A stretch of DNA of 64,000 nt from Hemiscyllium ocellatum (GCF_020745735.1 NW_026867451.1:1-64000), one strand, 5' to 3'; positions 48,128 to 61,660 are shown, numbered from the stretch's first letter. The notes: generated by a model not told the origin, from the letters alone. Made by a program: numbers and translations.

Positions 48128-48136
48128 GTTAAGTGA
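48128..48136 (+). CDS. IGHM: Membrane exon TM2 (VK-stop; cytoplasmic KVK)
   Basis: Pyrimidine tract plus CCAG acceptor, then GTT AAG TGA. Confidence 0.9.
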   Translation, partial: VK

Positions 48137-48563
48137 ATGAGTTGTGACCCCTTTGATTTTCCTGATCTGCTTATCAAGGTCTCTGAATTCCCAATCTACA
48201 ATCTGTCCTGTTGCTGACTCTCACAGTGAGATCACTTCAGTTTATCAGTGTGTAACTGAGACAATAATTGATGGATTTTCGTTTTTACTTTGATATCTTT
48301 GAAATGGTTGTGGTTGGAAGAATTTGTAGCTTCCCTGTTGTTTGAAGCCCATTTGTTTTGTTTTTATTTGTTCCTTACTCAGAATGGTTGCCTACCCTTT
48401 CAATGAGCCTTTGTATTCCCTTTCTTGTGACTGTTACTGATGTACAGAAAATTCCCACCTCACAGCGCATGTGTTCTCATCTCAATGTGGCACCCAGCCA
48501 TTATATTCACTTCTGTTAGCTTTTACATCAACTTTTTGGATAAAAATGCTTTCTGAAATGGTT

Positions 48564-48569
48564 AATAAA
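48564..48569 (+). terminator. Candidate membrane-mu polyadenylation signal
   Basis: First AATAAA I found downstream of the TM2 stop. Confidence 0.4.
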
Positions 48570-50399
48570 TCTCGAATGAATATGCACTAACCTTGAGTTT
48601 GCTTCATTCTTTCTTCAAGGCCAGTCAGTAATCATACATTTTCCCACATCCTACTCCTTTCCCAGCCAAATACTTTCATTTGTTCTGTTTGGTTGTGTTT
48701 CATCCAGTCATTTAGTTTAATGTTGCGCTGCCATGCCGCCCACTAATGTAAATACATCTTTCACACGATATGCCTGATGGAACACTCCAGAGGCAGAATG
48801 ATTAGAGAACATTTCCTCTTATGCACCAAGGGTCACGGCCTCGGGTCACGTAATGATACAAATGAGGAGCTTTGCTCCACAAGAAGCCTATAAAAGGCAG
48901 GCAAAGGAGTTTGAAAGTTTACTCTACACCGTCTAAACTACATGTACTCCCAATGTCCGGACAGCCTGGGTTAGTAATGCATAACTCGCCACCTAAAGCG
49001 CCCAACGAAGCATTCATCAGCCAAAAATGTCAACGTTCAGTCAGGTAGTCAGACACAACACGTGCACAATCCAAGGGCGGATTCTCAGAACTGGAGTTTT
49101 TCTCACACATAAATCTCATGGAGCACTATTCCTGGGATCTATTTGACACACCATACCTGTCAAATCCCAGGGAATGAGACTGGGATCTATCTGATACAGG
49201 GATATTACTGAACAGCAACCCTCAAAAATAATAAATCAGAGGTCGATGTTGATCAGGCAAGTCAGAGCTCATGAGTCCCTGAAATATTCAGCCATTGGGA
49301 TCTATATGATGCAAGACGGAGTTGGGAACCAATCATAGCAACTGTTCACAGAGTCTGGGAACTATCAGCAGAGGAGAACATTCTCAATTTCTCAGAGTTG
49401 GTGAGGTGTATCATCCCGGGAATAGTGTTGTGAATCAGTCACGCACCCAATCTCATAATTTTGCCTTTTGTCAAAAACGTGGCTCCTGAAACTAGATGCA
49501 ACATTCCAGGTGAGACAAGAGACTGTTTGATTTCAGTTTAACATAATTGCTTTGTGTTTGTTCTCTGCGGTGTTATTGATGAAGTAGGGTTTAGTTGCTC
49601 TTCTGTCCACGTGTCATGGTACATTCCCTGATTTGTGCACATACACATGGAGGATCCTCTGCTCCTTCACCCCCTTTGGGTTTACCCCCTTACTATTGTA
49701 TGTTCCCCTGAGTTCATCACAAAACAAAGAAGCACGTCACCCCTCCCTGAGACGGAGATCTATCTGACACACCGATATTAATGAATAACAATCCTCAAAA
49801 ATGATCAATCACAGGTTGATTTCGATCAGAGAAGACAAAGATCAGAAGTTCTGGAAACCCTGCTGCTTTCCATGTCCTTTCCCACAACCCCTCTGTCAAA
49901 CTTGATGCTCTTAGCTGTTCTTCCAATATCCTAACATTTTACCTTAAATTGCTGTTAATATTTTTCTGTAATTTTGCATGATGGACCAAAGCACAGGTTG
50001 GTACAACAAGGACTCCAAACACTGAACTCGGAGAACGTACACAGTAAGGCAGCCTACATTCTGAAACAGCAAACACCCGTTAACAAATGGTTGGCAAGTA
50101 CAAAACAGCGGGTGAGATTAACTTGAACTCATCAAAATAAAAGGAAAGTACTCTGGAGGTACAGCGGTGTAGGCAAGAGCTGGGCAGACAGAGTGGAGTT
50201 CGTTTTTTTAAATTCTTGTTTATATCCAGAATTTTCTTTCCACACAATGTAACCTTTTATTTCCCATCACCCAAGTCCCCCACAGTCTCTTTATTTTCTG
50301 CTACTAACCATCACCAGTAAATTGAATAATTTATGTTCAAAGCCCCTCCCACCATCAAAGATACGGCAGAAGTAGGAAGAGCTAGAAGGAGATTGGAGT

Positions 50400-51290
50400 C
50401 ATTTTTCTTGTGGTGATACATTACTGCTGTTCTAACACAAAGTATTTCTGAGGGATGGTCCAGTGAAGCTATGTGGATGGAACTCATAAATAAGAAGGGC
50501 ATGGTTACTTTGATGCAATTGTAATAGTCCCCCCAGTAGTCAGAGTGAAATTGAGTAATGAATATGTGGAGAGATCTTATTTATATGTAAGAATAATAGG
50601 ATTGCAATAATCGCAAATTTTAACCTTCCAAACATAAAGTGGGACAGTCATGATCTTAAGAGCTTGGATGGTGAGGAATTTGGTAAGTGCTAAAGTCAAT
50701 TTTCTTCATTAATATACAGATGTAACTCTCACAGAAGGAGCAAACCTGACCTACTCTTGTGATATAAGGCAGGACAAGTGACTGAATGGTTAGTAGGGGA
50801 GCTTTTTGGGGCCCGGGTCATATTTTGATTAGTTTAAAATATCTATGGAAAGGATTGGCATTATATATAAGTTAAAGTTCTTAATTGAACGAGGGCAAAT
50901 TTTGATAGTATGAGACAAAAACTTTCAAGAGTTGATTGGAGTAGACTGTTTGCAGCTCAAGGGACGGCCGGCAAGAGTGAAGCTTTCAGAAGTGAGATAA
51001 CGAGAGTTCGGAGGTATGATGTTCCTGTTAGTGTGAAGATAAGGCTGGTAAGAGGAGGGAACACTGGAGGAATAAAGATATTGAGGCTCTGGTTCAGATT
51101 AAGAATGAATCATATATTAGATATCGATAAGTGAGATTCAGTGAATCTCGAAGAGTAAAAGAGGGGCAGGGACATTCTAAAGAGGGAAATGAGGAGGGCA
51201 AGAAAGGAAAATGAGATAGCCTTGGCAGATAATGTTAAAGATAATCCAAAGAGATTCGACTAGTACATTAAGAGCAAAGGGGTAGATCAC
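50400..51290 (+). mobile_element. CR1-clade LINE APE region
   Basis: IAIIANFNLPNIKWD, GQVTE, MRQKLSRVDWSRLFAAQGTAGKSEAFRSEI. Confidence 0.75.
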
Positions 51291-51730
51291 AGAGTCATAG
51301 AGATGTACAACTTGGAAACAGATCTTTCAGTCTCACTTGCCCATGCTGACCAGATATCCTAAACTAATCTAGTCCCATTTGCCAGTACTTGGCCCATATC
51401 CCTCTCAACCCTTCCTATTCTTATACACACTCAGATGCCTTTTAAATGTTGAAATTGCACCAGCCTCCACCACTTCCTCTGGCAGTTCATTCCATACACA
51501 CCACCCTCTGCATGAAAAAGTTACTCCTTAGGTACTTTCAACTTTTCCCCTCTCACTCTAAACCTAGGAGCGGAGAGGTTAGATGAGACTCCACCCATCT
51601 CAGGGAAAAAACCTTGCCTATTCACTGTATCCATGCCTCTGATGATTTTATAAGCCTTTATAAAGTCACCCCTCAGCTTCCAACGCTCCAGAGAAATCAA
51701 CCCCAGCCTATTCAGCCTCTCCCTATATAA
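51290..51730 (-). mobile_element. CR1-clade LINE 3' end
   Basis: Antisense 3' UTR identical in type to 4666-5430. Confidence 0.7.
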
Positions 51731-52322
51731 CTCTACATGGCTGTGAATATGTATAAGCCTAGAGGATTGGCTTCATAAATCATGTTGCATTTAATATAAA
51801 TGTTGTTTTTTAAATTATCATTTAGTTTAAAATGGAGGATGGGTGCCTTTTCAATTTATGGTGTGTATGGAAAGACCTGGAAAATAAACTACAACAAAAA
51901 AAATGGACAAAAAGTTATTGTACTACAGATAGTGCACCATATCATTCGTGTAAAAAATAATTCCCTGTTTTGACCGTGAAGTTAATAGAGTCTATTAATT
52001 AGTCCTGTGTTTGTAATAATTTTCATCTATCTGTCATTCTACATTTAGTTGTTGTAGTTAATGTGTGGATTACTGCACCTCTCTAAAAATTCAAAACAAA
52101 ATAAAGTAAAACTGCAAATTAAATATTGCATCTAATTACGACAAAAAAATTAGCAATACAATGACATGAAATTGGAAAGGAATGTTGAAATGTAGCCAAT
52201 TCTGAGGACTACAAGAAGTTGCAAGAGATCATTAATTAATTTACGGTATGTTCAAATAATTAGCAAATGAAGATCCACACAGATAAAGGTAAGGTATTAC
52301 ATCTTGGTAGGAATAATGTGCA

Positions 52323-53010
52323 AGGCGAAAGTGAGGTCTGCAGATGCTGGAGTATCAGAGCTGAAAATGTGTTGCTGGAAAAGCGCAGCAGGTCAGGCAG
52401 CAACCAAGGAACAGGAAATTCGACGTTTCGGGCATAAGCCCTTCATCAGGAATGAGGAAAGTGTGTCCAGCAGGCTAAGATAAAAGGTAGGAAGGAGGGA
52501 CTTTGGGGAGGGGTGATGGAGATGTGATAGGTGGAAGGATGTCAAGGTGAGGGTGATAGGCCGGAGTGGGGTGGGGGCGGAGAGGTTAGGAAGAAGATTG
52601 CAGGTTAGGAAGGGGGTGCTGAGTTCGAGGGATTCGACTGAGACAAAGTGGGGGGAGGGAAAATGAGGAAACTGGAGAAATCCGAGTTCATCCCTTGTGG
52701 TTGGAGGGTTCCCAGGCGGAAAATGAGGTGCTCTTCCTCCAACCGTCGTGTTGTTATGGTCTGGCGATGGAGGAGTCCAAGGACCTGCATGTCCTTGGTG
52801 GAGTGGGAGGGGGAGTTAAAGTGTTGAGCCACGGGGTGGTTGGGTTGGTTGGTCCGGTGTCCCAGAGGTGTTCTCTGAAATGTTCCGCAAGTAGGTGGCC
52901 CGTCTCCCCAATATAGAGGAGGCCACATCGGGTGCAGCGGATGCAATAGATGATGTGTGTGGAGGTGCAGGTGAATTTGTGGCGGATATGGAAGGATCCC
53001 TTGGGGCCTT
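52323..53010 (-). mobile_element. Penelope-like element 3' part (GIY-YIG + pLTR) with 13-bp TSD, nested in a CR1 fragment
   Basis: HIIYCIRCTRCGLLYIGETGHLLAEHFREHL (ORF 52754-53029); GGAATAATGTGCA at 52310-52322 and 53011-53023. Confidence 0.9.
52418..52453 (-). ncRNA. Best-preserved minimal hammerhead ribozyme-like motif
   Basis: ATTC-CTGATGA-A-GGGC TTAT GCCC-GAAAC-GTC-GAAT: stem I ATTC/GAAT, stem II 4 bp, palindromic ACGT stem III, GUC triplet. Confidence 0.65.
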
Positions 53011-54774
53011 GGAATAATGTGCAGGTCACTTATTCAAAGATGCACGTCTAAGTGAGGGAGACAAACAAAGGGATTTCAGACAATTACATCAGTCACTAAC
53101 AATTTCACCACAGGTTCCAAAGGCCATAAAAATGCAAACAAAGTACTAAGTTTTATCTCTAAAGGGATAGATTTGAAAGTAGGGTCACTATAAAAATTTG
53201 GTTGACTATAATTAAGAGTATTGTTTGCAGTTCGAGTTGACATATTATAGAATGTATGAGAGAGAGTGAAGAGATGATTTATGCGAATGCTCCACAAGTT
53301 TCTGGCTGTGTTTTTCCAGGAAGAATTGTTGTGCTGTTCACTTCTCTCTTGAAAAGAAGGCTGACAGTTCGAAAATTAAGAAAGGTTTTGAAAAGAGAAG
53401 GTACAAAGAAAACATTTCACTGTGGGATAGATTATAACTCGAGGCTGTCAATATAAGACGGTACCTCAAGAAGTCCAAAAGGGAATTCAGAAGAAACCTC
53501 TTCACTGAAAGAATGATGAGAATGGGGAATATGTGACCAGACGGAATAGTTGAAATCAATAGTTTAGATGTATTTCAAGGAAACTAGGCGAGCACTAGGA
53601 AGGGATGGGAATAGAGAATTACAACGGGCGATTTAGATGAGGAAAGATGTGAAACACCTTGAGTAGAACATAAGCACTGGCATGAACTGATTGTGCCAAA
53701 TGGTCTGTTTTTCCTCTATAATCCTACGTAGAAAATCACCATTGCATGAAACAAAAAGTGCATTAAGAACATTTAGAAGAATTATAAAGTTTCTCACAAA
53801 AAGTCTCAAGTATCCAGCACTGAATGTAAATGATTTTATCACATGGCCACACTTCACGATTTGCTTGATAGCACTGAAACAGCAGTAATCACAGTCCTCT
53901 TACTAGGAGTAGGAGTAACCCATCGTCCTTGCACCAATTGGGGGATCTTAATGACTTATTAATGGCCTCAGTAGGAGCTGCCAACCTGGTCCTGGGAATG
54001 TTGTGAACACTCTAGCCCTCACGGCTTCTTTCACTCACTTACTCTGATTTCCAGTTCCCGTAATGATCACCACCATGGACAGGAGACTGTTCCAGTGTGC
54101 AGATGGGATACCCTGTTGTGAGCCACAAGGTACTTCATTAGGAGGGACATCCTCCAGGTGTGTCACCAGGATGCAGGGGGAGGTCTCCCACACAATGGAG
54201 GACCTTACTGCTAATAAACTGCCAGCATTGGCTGGAACACACTCTACATTGACCACCTGAGTGGTCATCCTTTCCCGAATTTGGGATCAATAACATACTA
54301 CGGAGGTGGAATCTCCTTCCTTCCCTTCTCATCTTCCACCCTATTATCCACCTAATGACCTTGCAGCCTGTCCCTAGAGGGCTGATAGAACCCAGTCCCA
54401 TTCCAATATTCAAGAACATGAAGAGCTGGCAACCTGGTCAAAATTGACAAAGCTTAACACAAACAGTCTTGGCCTGACCGTCAAATTCTAAAGTGTAACT
54501 TGAGATGAGTTCAATAAAAATGGCAGAAGTACAGAAACAACCACTTCCATCTGTCAGAAACACATTTCTATGAATGGGAACGGGTGGTCCGCTATTTGGA
54601 ATGGAGCAGTGCATTTGAAAAGTTAATGAGGAGCAGCAATGTTTTGTGTTGGACGTGTGCACAGTTTGAAGCTGTTTGCTGATTCAGTTTTGCTAAAGGT
54701 TTGGCAGATACATTCCAATGAAAATCAATTAAATCTGCCAAAGTGGATATTAATACTCACGTTTATGAGATGCT

Positions 54775-55530
54775 TTAACATAGAACATAGAAAAATACAA
54801 CACAGAACAGGCCCTTTGGCCCACAACAGTGTGCCGAGGTCTAATCCTAATGTAAAATATAACAACCTACACACCCCTCAACTCACTGCTAAACATGTGC
54901 ATGTCCAGCAGTCACTTAAATGTCCCTAATGACTCTGCTTCCACCACCACCGCTGGCAATGTATTCCATGCATTCACAACACTCTGTGTAAAGAACCTAC
55001 TCTAATATCTCCTCTATACCTTTCTCCTAATATCTTAAAACTATGACTCCCCTCGTACCAGTCAATCCTGCCCTGGGGAAAATTCTCTAGCTATTGACTT
55101 TATCTATTCCTCTCATTATTTTGTATACCTCAATCAGGTCTCCTCTCTTCTTCCTTCTCCAGAGAGAAAAGTCTGAGCTTATTCAACCTTTCTTCATAAG
55201 GCAAGCCCTCCAGTTCAGGCAGCATCCTGGCAAACCTTCTTTGCACCCTCTCCAAAGCCTCTATCTATTTCTTATAGCAGGGCGACCAGAACTGGACACA
55301 ATATTCCAGGTGTGGTCTCACCAGGGACTTGTAGAGCTGTAGCAAAACCTCGCTGCTCTCAAACTCGATTCCCCTGTAAATGAAAGCCTAAACACCATAT
55401 GCTTTCTTAACAACCCTATCCACTTGGGTGGCAACTTTGAGGGATCTATGTACTTGCACACCCAGATCCCTCTGTTCCTCCACACTGCCAAGAATCCTGC
55501 CTTTAACCCTATATTCAGCATTCGAGTGAG
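54775..55530 (-). mobile_element. CR1-clade LINE 3' fragment
   Basis: 3' AACATAG repeats and antisense RT-end motifs. Confidence 0.8.
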
Positions 55531-57437
55531 AATGAGTACCAGAGGGCATGTAAGGAAGTTTATCAGTAAGGTACAGCTAATTAAGGGGGCTTGACCATAC
55601 TCATGGACAAAAAGATATAAAGCAATCAGAGAACCAAAGAACAGAGTGTGTATATAAGGGGTACAAGAGACAGCGTGGATCAAGGCCTTGAAGAATTTAG
55701 AGATAGACATAAGTTTAAACTCAATACATTCGATGATAATGAGCCAGTTAAGATCTCAGTCCTTTCTCTATAAGCACAAGTTTAAGTTGACCAGTCTTGT
55801 CCAGGCCAGCATTAAATGGGATTTTTATTTGCACTGTGCACATCTCCTGATTTCACAAGATATCTCAGTTTTGTAAATGCAATAGAATGCATTATCCACC
55901 GTTTCAGCAATTCCTTTAATAGAAGTTAACAGAAATAAACAACTTTCCAAAGCTGTCTTTCAACAGCCAGACTGATACAATATTCAAAAAGGATCTGCAT
56001 GTACAAAGTGGGCTTGTCAGGGGGTTAAATCATTTCACATTCGAAAACTAGATTCCATTTTAATGATATCAGCTGGATGTTGGATACTCCATTAACAAAA
56101 GGTTCCCATATTCAAACGGTTGTTTGCAAATATAGAAATTGGATATTGATATAAAATAGGACATGCTTTTTTTTTGTCTTGCATACATCAGGATAGCTGC
56201 AAGGATTTTGATATTAAGGGAAACAACATTTTACACTGAACAAGTTCTGATGCTTTGGAAAGTGCACAATGATTGATCGAGATGTCCCCAATGGAAATGG
56301 ACTGGTCAGATGGTGACGGACAGTTAACAGCTAAACTTTGTTAAGTTTGCAATTGGCAGGTTGCCTGAGTGGTCAAGGTATTGCCCTGCCAAATGAGTCC
56401 GAGAATGGCCATCACCAATTTAGTCGAATCACAACAAGCATTGGCAGTTAACTGCCAATCATCACCTGGTCCATTCTCCATGCCTTTACCAATCAGCACT
56501 CATTACCCAGACAGATTAAATGCTTTCTCCCTTCCCATTGGTATTCTTGAGAGTGTCCTGATAAGTACAATACTAAAGACTTAAATAAAAAAAACACTTT
56601 ATTTTCATCAATACTCAAATGTCCATGCTGCCCCAGCTGGCAGAGGGGAAACATCACTACAATGTATCAGGCCGACAATGAACTGGTAAAGTTCTGCACT
56701 GGTCTCAGAGGGAAACCAGCAACAATGTCCTTGTGGAGACATTACTTTACCTTTGATCTTATACAGCAACAATTTCAAAGCCATTGAGGAACAGGAATAA
56801 ATAGAAACAGACTACATGCACATACACACAGAACACTGTTATGTCAAGTAATAGAGAGAAATGCTGCACGAACAGGAAAATTAATTGTTATTCTGAATAG
56901 TGAATATGGCACCAAAAACACCCTTGTGATAATGACAGTTTGAAAATCTGCCCACATTGGTTTGCAGCAGTTGAAGAGTTGCTCATTCAGTTCTGGGCCC
57001 CGCTCAGTTCCTACACCAGTATGTGACCATAGATTCAGATTGTTTTTAAAGGCAGATATCAATATGCAGTTGCACAGTGGCAGGAGTACGGCTATCCTAT
57101 GGACAGCACTAAAGAGATCTCACACACATTGGCTCTTTAATAAAGAAATGGGGCAAACCTCAGAGATAGGGAAATGTAAATAAATGAACCACTAACAAGA
57201 TTTCATCCAATTCGATAGTAACTGATACCTGATCACCAAATTCAGCTGCCACTTGAAAGGATGCCAGAAGCCCCAAAAGGAGATACTCCACATTTCACTT
57301 GATTCTGTGTCACATTACCACAAGAGAGCTTTGTAGTTGCCTTCTAGCAGACATTATTTTTATCCATAAACCACATCGGCTTGACAGAGAAGCATTGGTT
57401 CCAATCATAGATCAGAACTGAATAGTGCAGAACCACA

Positions 57438-57701
57438 TCATAACCCATCTCGAGAAGCTGTGTCAGTGGGTGCTTCGGTTTGCAGTGCCTCTGTGTTCTG
57501 AGCTTCGGCCCCAATCTCTCTCTGTTCCCTAGTTTTTCTGATAAGTTGCGGTTCCAGTCAGTTTGTATTTCATCATTGTCCCAGATTATAGAGGTTTCAG
57601 TATCAGTGAGTTCACCAGGATAGCGCGTTGGGTAAATCAGCAGTGGCTCCACTGAAAAGGCTTTTAAATCCTGAGGCTCATAGAACAGCTTTTAGTTATC
57701 C
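57438..57701 (-). pseudogene. COLGALT2: Disabled terminal coding exon of a procollagen galactosyltransferase (COLGALT2-like; COLGALT1 not excluded)
   Basis: After the AATAG acceptor: (x)DN*KLFYEPQDLKAFSVEPLLIYPTRYPGELTDTETSIIWDNDEIQTDWNRNLSEKLGNRERLG / AEAQNTEALQTEAPTDTASRDGL*. This matches the COLGALT C-terminus as I recall it (DLKAFS.EPLLIYPT.Y.G...SDTET..WDN...NTEAL...SRDEL). Lesions: TAA at 57692-57694, about 3 codons missing, -1 frameshift in the C run 57509-57512, RDEL changed to RDGL. Confidence 0.85.
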
Positions 57702-60199
57702 CTATTAATTGACCTAATAATAATTAACAACATTATATTTGATCTGCTTTATTTCTCATTACTGACTGCATTGAATCTACCTCATGGGATACAGAAACTC
57801 ACCAATGTGAGTAAAAACCTCTTAAACTTTGGGCAAAATCCAGGCTATTGACTAAAGAGAATGAACTCCATACAATAATGCAACAAAGAAAAGCAGATTG
57901 AAGTCAAATGATGCACAAGTTTGATGAAGAGCAAAACCCCCTCTACCCCAGCAGGAAGGCAAGTAGAAAAGTTGTGCATTTATGTAACATCTTAATGCAA
58001 TCTCAGAGTATCCTAAACATCTCTTTCCAGATCTCTGAAACAAGTGCAGAACCCCTGGGGCCACTGTCAACTACATACTATCAAACCCAGGGAATCATAG
58101 ACGGAAATATCAGCATGTGCCCATGTAACAGTTTAAAATGTGTGTTTAATACCTTCGCTCGAGTAACTCGCAAAATTGTTTTGCGGTATGAACAATAAAT
58201 GGGAATAGGTCACTTGGCCCTTCGAGCCTGCTCCACTATTCAATAAGATCATGACTGACCCGATTTTAATAAGCTTATAAAACATTCAGCTGACAATATC
58301 CCACTTTAGCTTCTCTTATTCTATCATTTTAGTATATTCCACTACATATCTATTCTAATCTGGAGAATAATTCTCCTGCTGTTAATCACTGATCCACACT
58401 GTACTGCTCTCCTCATGCACTGTTCTTTTCCTCAGCCTATCCTTTAGACAAGATAAAATACATTGGAACAGACTCCACTGTTTGCTGGTACTTGACACAA
58501 TGAGAACTACTGAAATATTTCAATACACTCCTTTGGTGAAAAATATAATTTGCTTTAATACTTTAAAACTGGTTCAATTTATTTTATATTTGCATTGAAT
58601 GGTATTTTAGGTTGATCCAGATGTTAGTACAAAGTGAAATATTACAGCACTGAGATTTGTCTCATTCTCATTTGGTGGAAGTTGGGAAGGAGTGTTTTCT
58701 TACAACAGAGTGAAAACTGAACAGCAAAGTTGAGTAATAATACATGCAGGTTCTGACAAAGCCAATTTTCAATCAGAGATGTTCTATACAACAACTGAAG
58801 TACTTTTGACCATGGAGTCACATGTCAGAAATGTGATATCTCATTTGTGTCCCATGAGAAAAGCAGGAAGGAGATGATGACCAGATCATCTGCTCATCGG
58901 GATTGAGCGATAAGTATTGGCCGGGACACCAGGTATAATCTCCTCACTTTAATTCAAAATAATAAGGGTCCCTTTAGATGGCAGAGTGGCTTTGGTTTAA
59001 TGCCTCATATATATCTATTGTGCTGGATTATCTCAGGACTGCACTGCTGTGGCAGCATCAATTAGTCTATTCTAAACCCGATGGTAGATCTTGAACCCTC
59101 CGACTCAAAGGTCAGCACAATAGTCAGTGACACCTGAGCAATACCCAATACTCTGACAGGCGGCTTATTATTTACATCCCCAGGGATTAATGAAGCAATT
59201 CAGGGAAATTGCATTGATTCTGTATGAGATACAAAACAGGCCTCAAAGGGGAGAATGATAGTCTCCCTAGCCCTAGATCAGTCGGCTTAAGTTCCTAGAT
59301 TAGACTTAGTAAGCTTAAATTCCTGTTCTACCTATTCCAGAGGCGTGTCATACATCGCTGAACATTTAATGTTAAAAAAGGAAAGCCTCTTCAACCAATG
59401 GGCTGTTGTCATTTGGAACGCGCTAATTAGGAATCAGCACTTTGAGTCACCTTTGCTGATTCCCTGTGTGTTATACGGGAGTCAGTAATTTCTATCAGTG
59501 TCCACCGTTACAGCTACAAAAAGTCCTCTAATATCTCTCCTCAATGGGTCATTCTTCCCTTTTGAATATGGGCAGTGAGCACTCAGTCCTATCTCTTCCT
59601 TAGCAACAAATGGCTACCATGCTTCCAGCCTGCTGTCAGCAAGAGGTTAACTTGCACTGTCAAAGTGTGACAATACTGAGGATAACCCTCCCCATTATGA
59701 CCCAGGCTAAGATCACAAGATGCAGCACAAGTCAGTGTTTGTGTCCAGAATTAGATAACCAGGGAGGATGTTCTCCACGGCTGGGGAGCCCAAACCAGGG
59801 CTCACGGTCTACAGATACTGGCTCGGGCATGTTGGACTGAGATGAGGAAACCTTTCTTCACCCTGACAGTGGTGACTCTTTGGAATTCACTGCCATAGAA
59901 ATTGATTGAGCCCAAAACGTAATAGTTCTTTTTTCGGGCTAAAGGAATCAAAGCTTACAGAAAGAATGGTGGAACAGGGCACTGAGTTGGATAATCAACC
60001 ATTGTCATTTTGAACAGCAGCGCATGCTTAAGGGGCTGAATGGCTCACTGTTCCACCCATTTTTGTGACCATTCTGTGGCTTGAAGAGATGTGTTGTGTT
60101 CAAAAGCTATTTTGATAGGGAAAAAAAAAGAGAATGTGTTACTGTTTACAACAGAGTGACGAAACAATTTCAGATGATTGTGAATTGGTCTCCTCAAAT

Positions 60200-61660
60200 T
60201 ACATTGATCAATGAGGAAGTTCTGGAAAATTGGGATAAACCGCTGAGTTACCAGCCAGTTGAAAATCGAAGTGACTCGAAAGACTTAGTATAATCACATG
60301 GGGAGATATGTGGAAATAACCTGGGAATTACTAACCTAACTACACATAATATTGATTGAGGAAATGCTGTTCCAATCAAACAACATTCTACAGAGTTAAC
60401 CTTTGGAGGTTAGCACAGATTCAGAAAGAGACTGAACACATGTTGAAAGACAATATAATCAAAATCAGTCGTATGAATAGAGCTCATCAGTGGTACCAAA
60501 GCCAGGTAATATCCAATGATTATATGTGGACCTATGCAAAATCTATGCAGTTACTAAATCTGATACATGTCCTAAATCAAGTTTGGAAGACCATATTGAG
60601 AAGATGGGACAAGCAACTTATATTTCTCAGTACGACTTACTCAAAGGATGCTGGCAGCTACATTTATTCAAAAAGGTGAAGACAATTTCAGCCTTCGTGA
60701 CACCAAAATGCGCTGTACCAGTTTACAGTCATGTCATGTGGTATGAAGAATGTGCCAGCTACATTTCAAAGACTAAGCAATGAAGCAATTTCTTCATTAC
60801 CCAATTGCGTGGGTAAATAAATCATTGATGACCTGATTTTTAGTCACACATGGAAGGAAAATTTGCAGAATTTCTCAAAGTTATTCATTCGACTTTGGGA
60901 GGCAGGCTTGGTGATAAACCTGGCTGACAGCGAATTCAAGGAAACACAAATCACTCTCCTGGGCCATGTTATTGAACATGGCCAGATGGCCCCATCCACC
61001 AAAACAGCAGTACGACTACAAAACAATCTTGATTATCCAAATGAGACGGGTGGGGATAACTAATTGCTCGGATAACTGACTGTTCAGATAACGCATTGCT
61101 CAGATAACTGATCTGATTGCAAACAAAGGACCTTGAGATCTTGTTTGGATAATCTGAAATTTGGATAATTGACATTCGGATAACAGGGGTTGTTCTGCAT
61201 TTGGTAGTGCTATGAGTGGGTTTTATCAGAAAGTTGTACGGAATCTTAAAAGTGTGGCTGTTTCACTTACTGAATTACTGTAGAAATACAGGAAGTTTCA
61301 ATGGATGGAAAACTGTCAGAAGGCATTTGTCAGCCTGAAAGTTGTGTTAATTACTGCCCCAATATTAGCGACACCTAATAACCCAAAGCTATTCAAGGTA
61401 GTTATCGATGTAAGTGATCAAAGTGTCGGTGCTGTACTCTTACAAGAAAACAACAAGAAGATAAAAAGACTTATCAATTTTTTCTCAGGAAGCTAAACAT
61501 TCATCAACAGGAATATTTGACAGTTGAGAAAGAGACCTTGAGTTTGGTATTGGCGTTACAACATTTGCCAGTAATGTATCTGAGACAACCATACATATTG
61601 ATCATAATCCATTAAAGTTTTTTGGGGAAATTTAAGGACAAACATTGTAGACTGGTTTTC
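60200..61660 (+). mobile_element. Gypsy/Ty3 LTR-retrotransposon pol remnant (RT + RNase H)
   Basis: AVTKSDTCPKSSLEDHIEKMGQATYISQYDLLKGCWQ...SAFVTP; EAGLVINLADSEFKETQITLLGHVI; CQKAFVSLK..L.TAPILA.P....FKVVIDVSDQSVGAVLLQ; many frameshifts. Confidence 0.88.
61008..61197. mobile_element. Probable Tigger/pogo-type MITE inserted in the Gypsy RT
   Basis: Interrupts pol after GHVIEHGQMAP; imperfect terminal inverted repeats CAGTACGAC / GTTGTTCTG; seven GATAA subrepeats. Confidence 0.55.

Larger units (their letters stand above)
27575..48136 (+). pseudogene. IGHM: IgM heavy-chain cluster with germline-joined VDJ (L, VDJ, Cmu1-4, secretory tail, TM1, TM2); frameshifted as written
   Basis: Eight exons with canonical GT/AG sites. 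L/VDJ/C/TM1 junctions are phase 1 and TM1-TM2 is phase 0. Translations match shark VH, JH and Cmu domains. Four 1-nt indels (27743, 28006, junction, 44100); the first gives TAA at 27807-27809. Confidence 0.93.

Noticed and set aside
27575-48136. Identity as IgM1gj, IgW or IgNAR
   Set aside because: Four mu-type C exons including Cmu2 (IgM1gj lacks it), a conventional VH with FR2/CDR2, a CH1 and a mu-type tail.
57344-57510. C-terminal half of the 102-aa minus-strand ORF
   Set aside because: Out-of-frame read-through after the frameshift; the homologous frame ends at RDGL* (57438).
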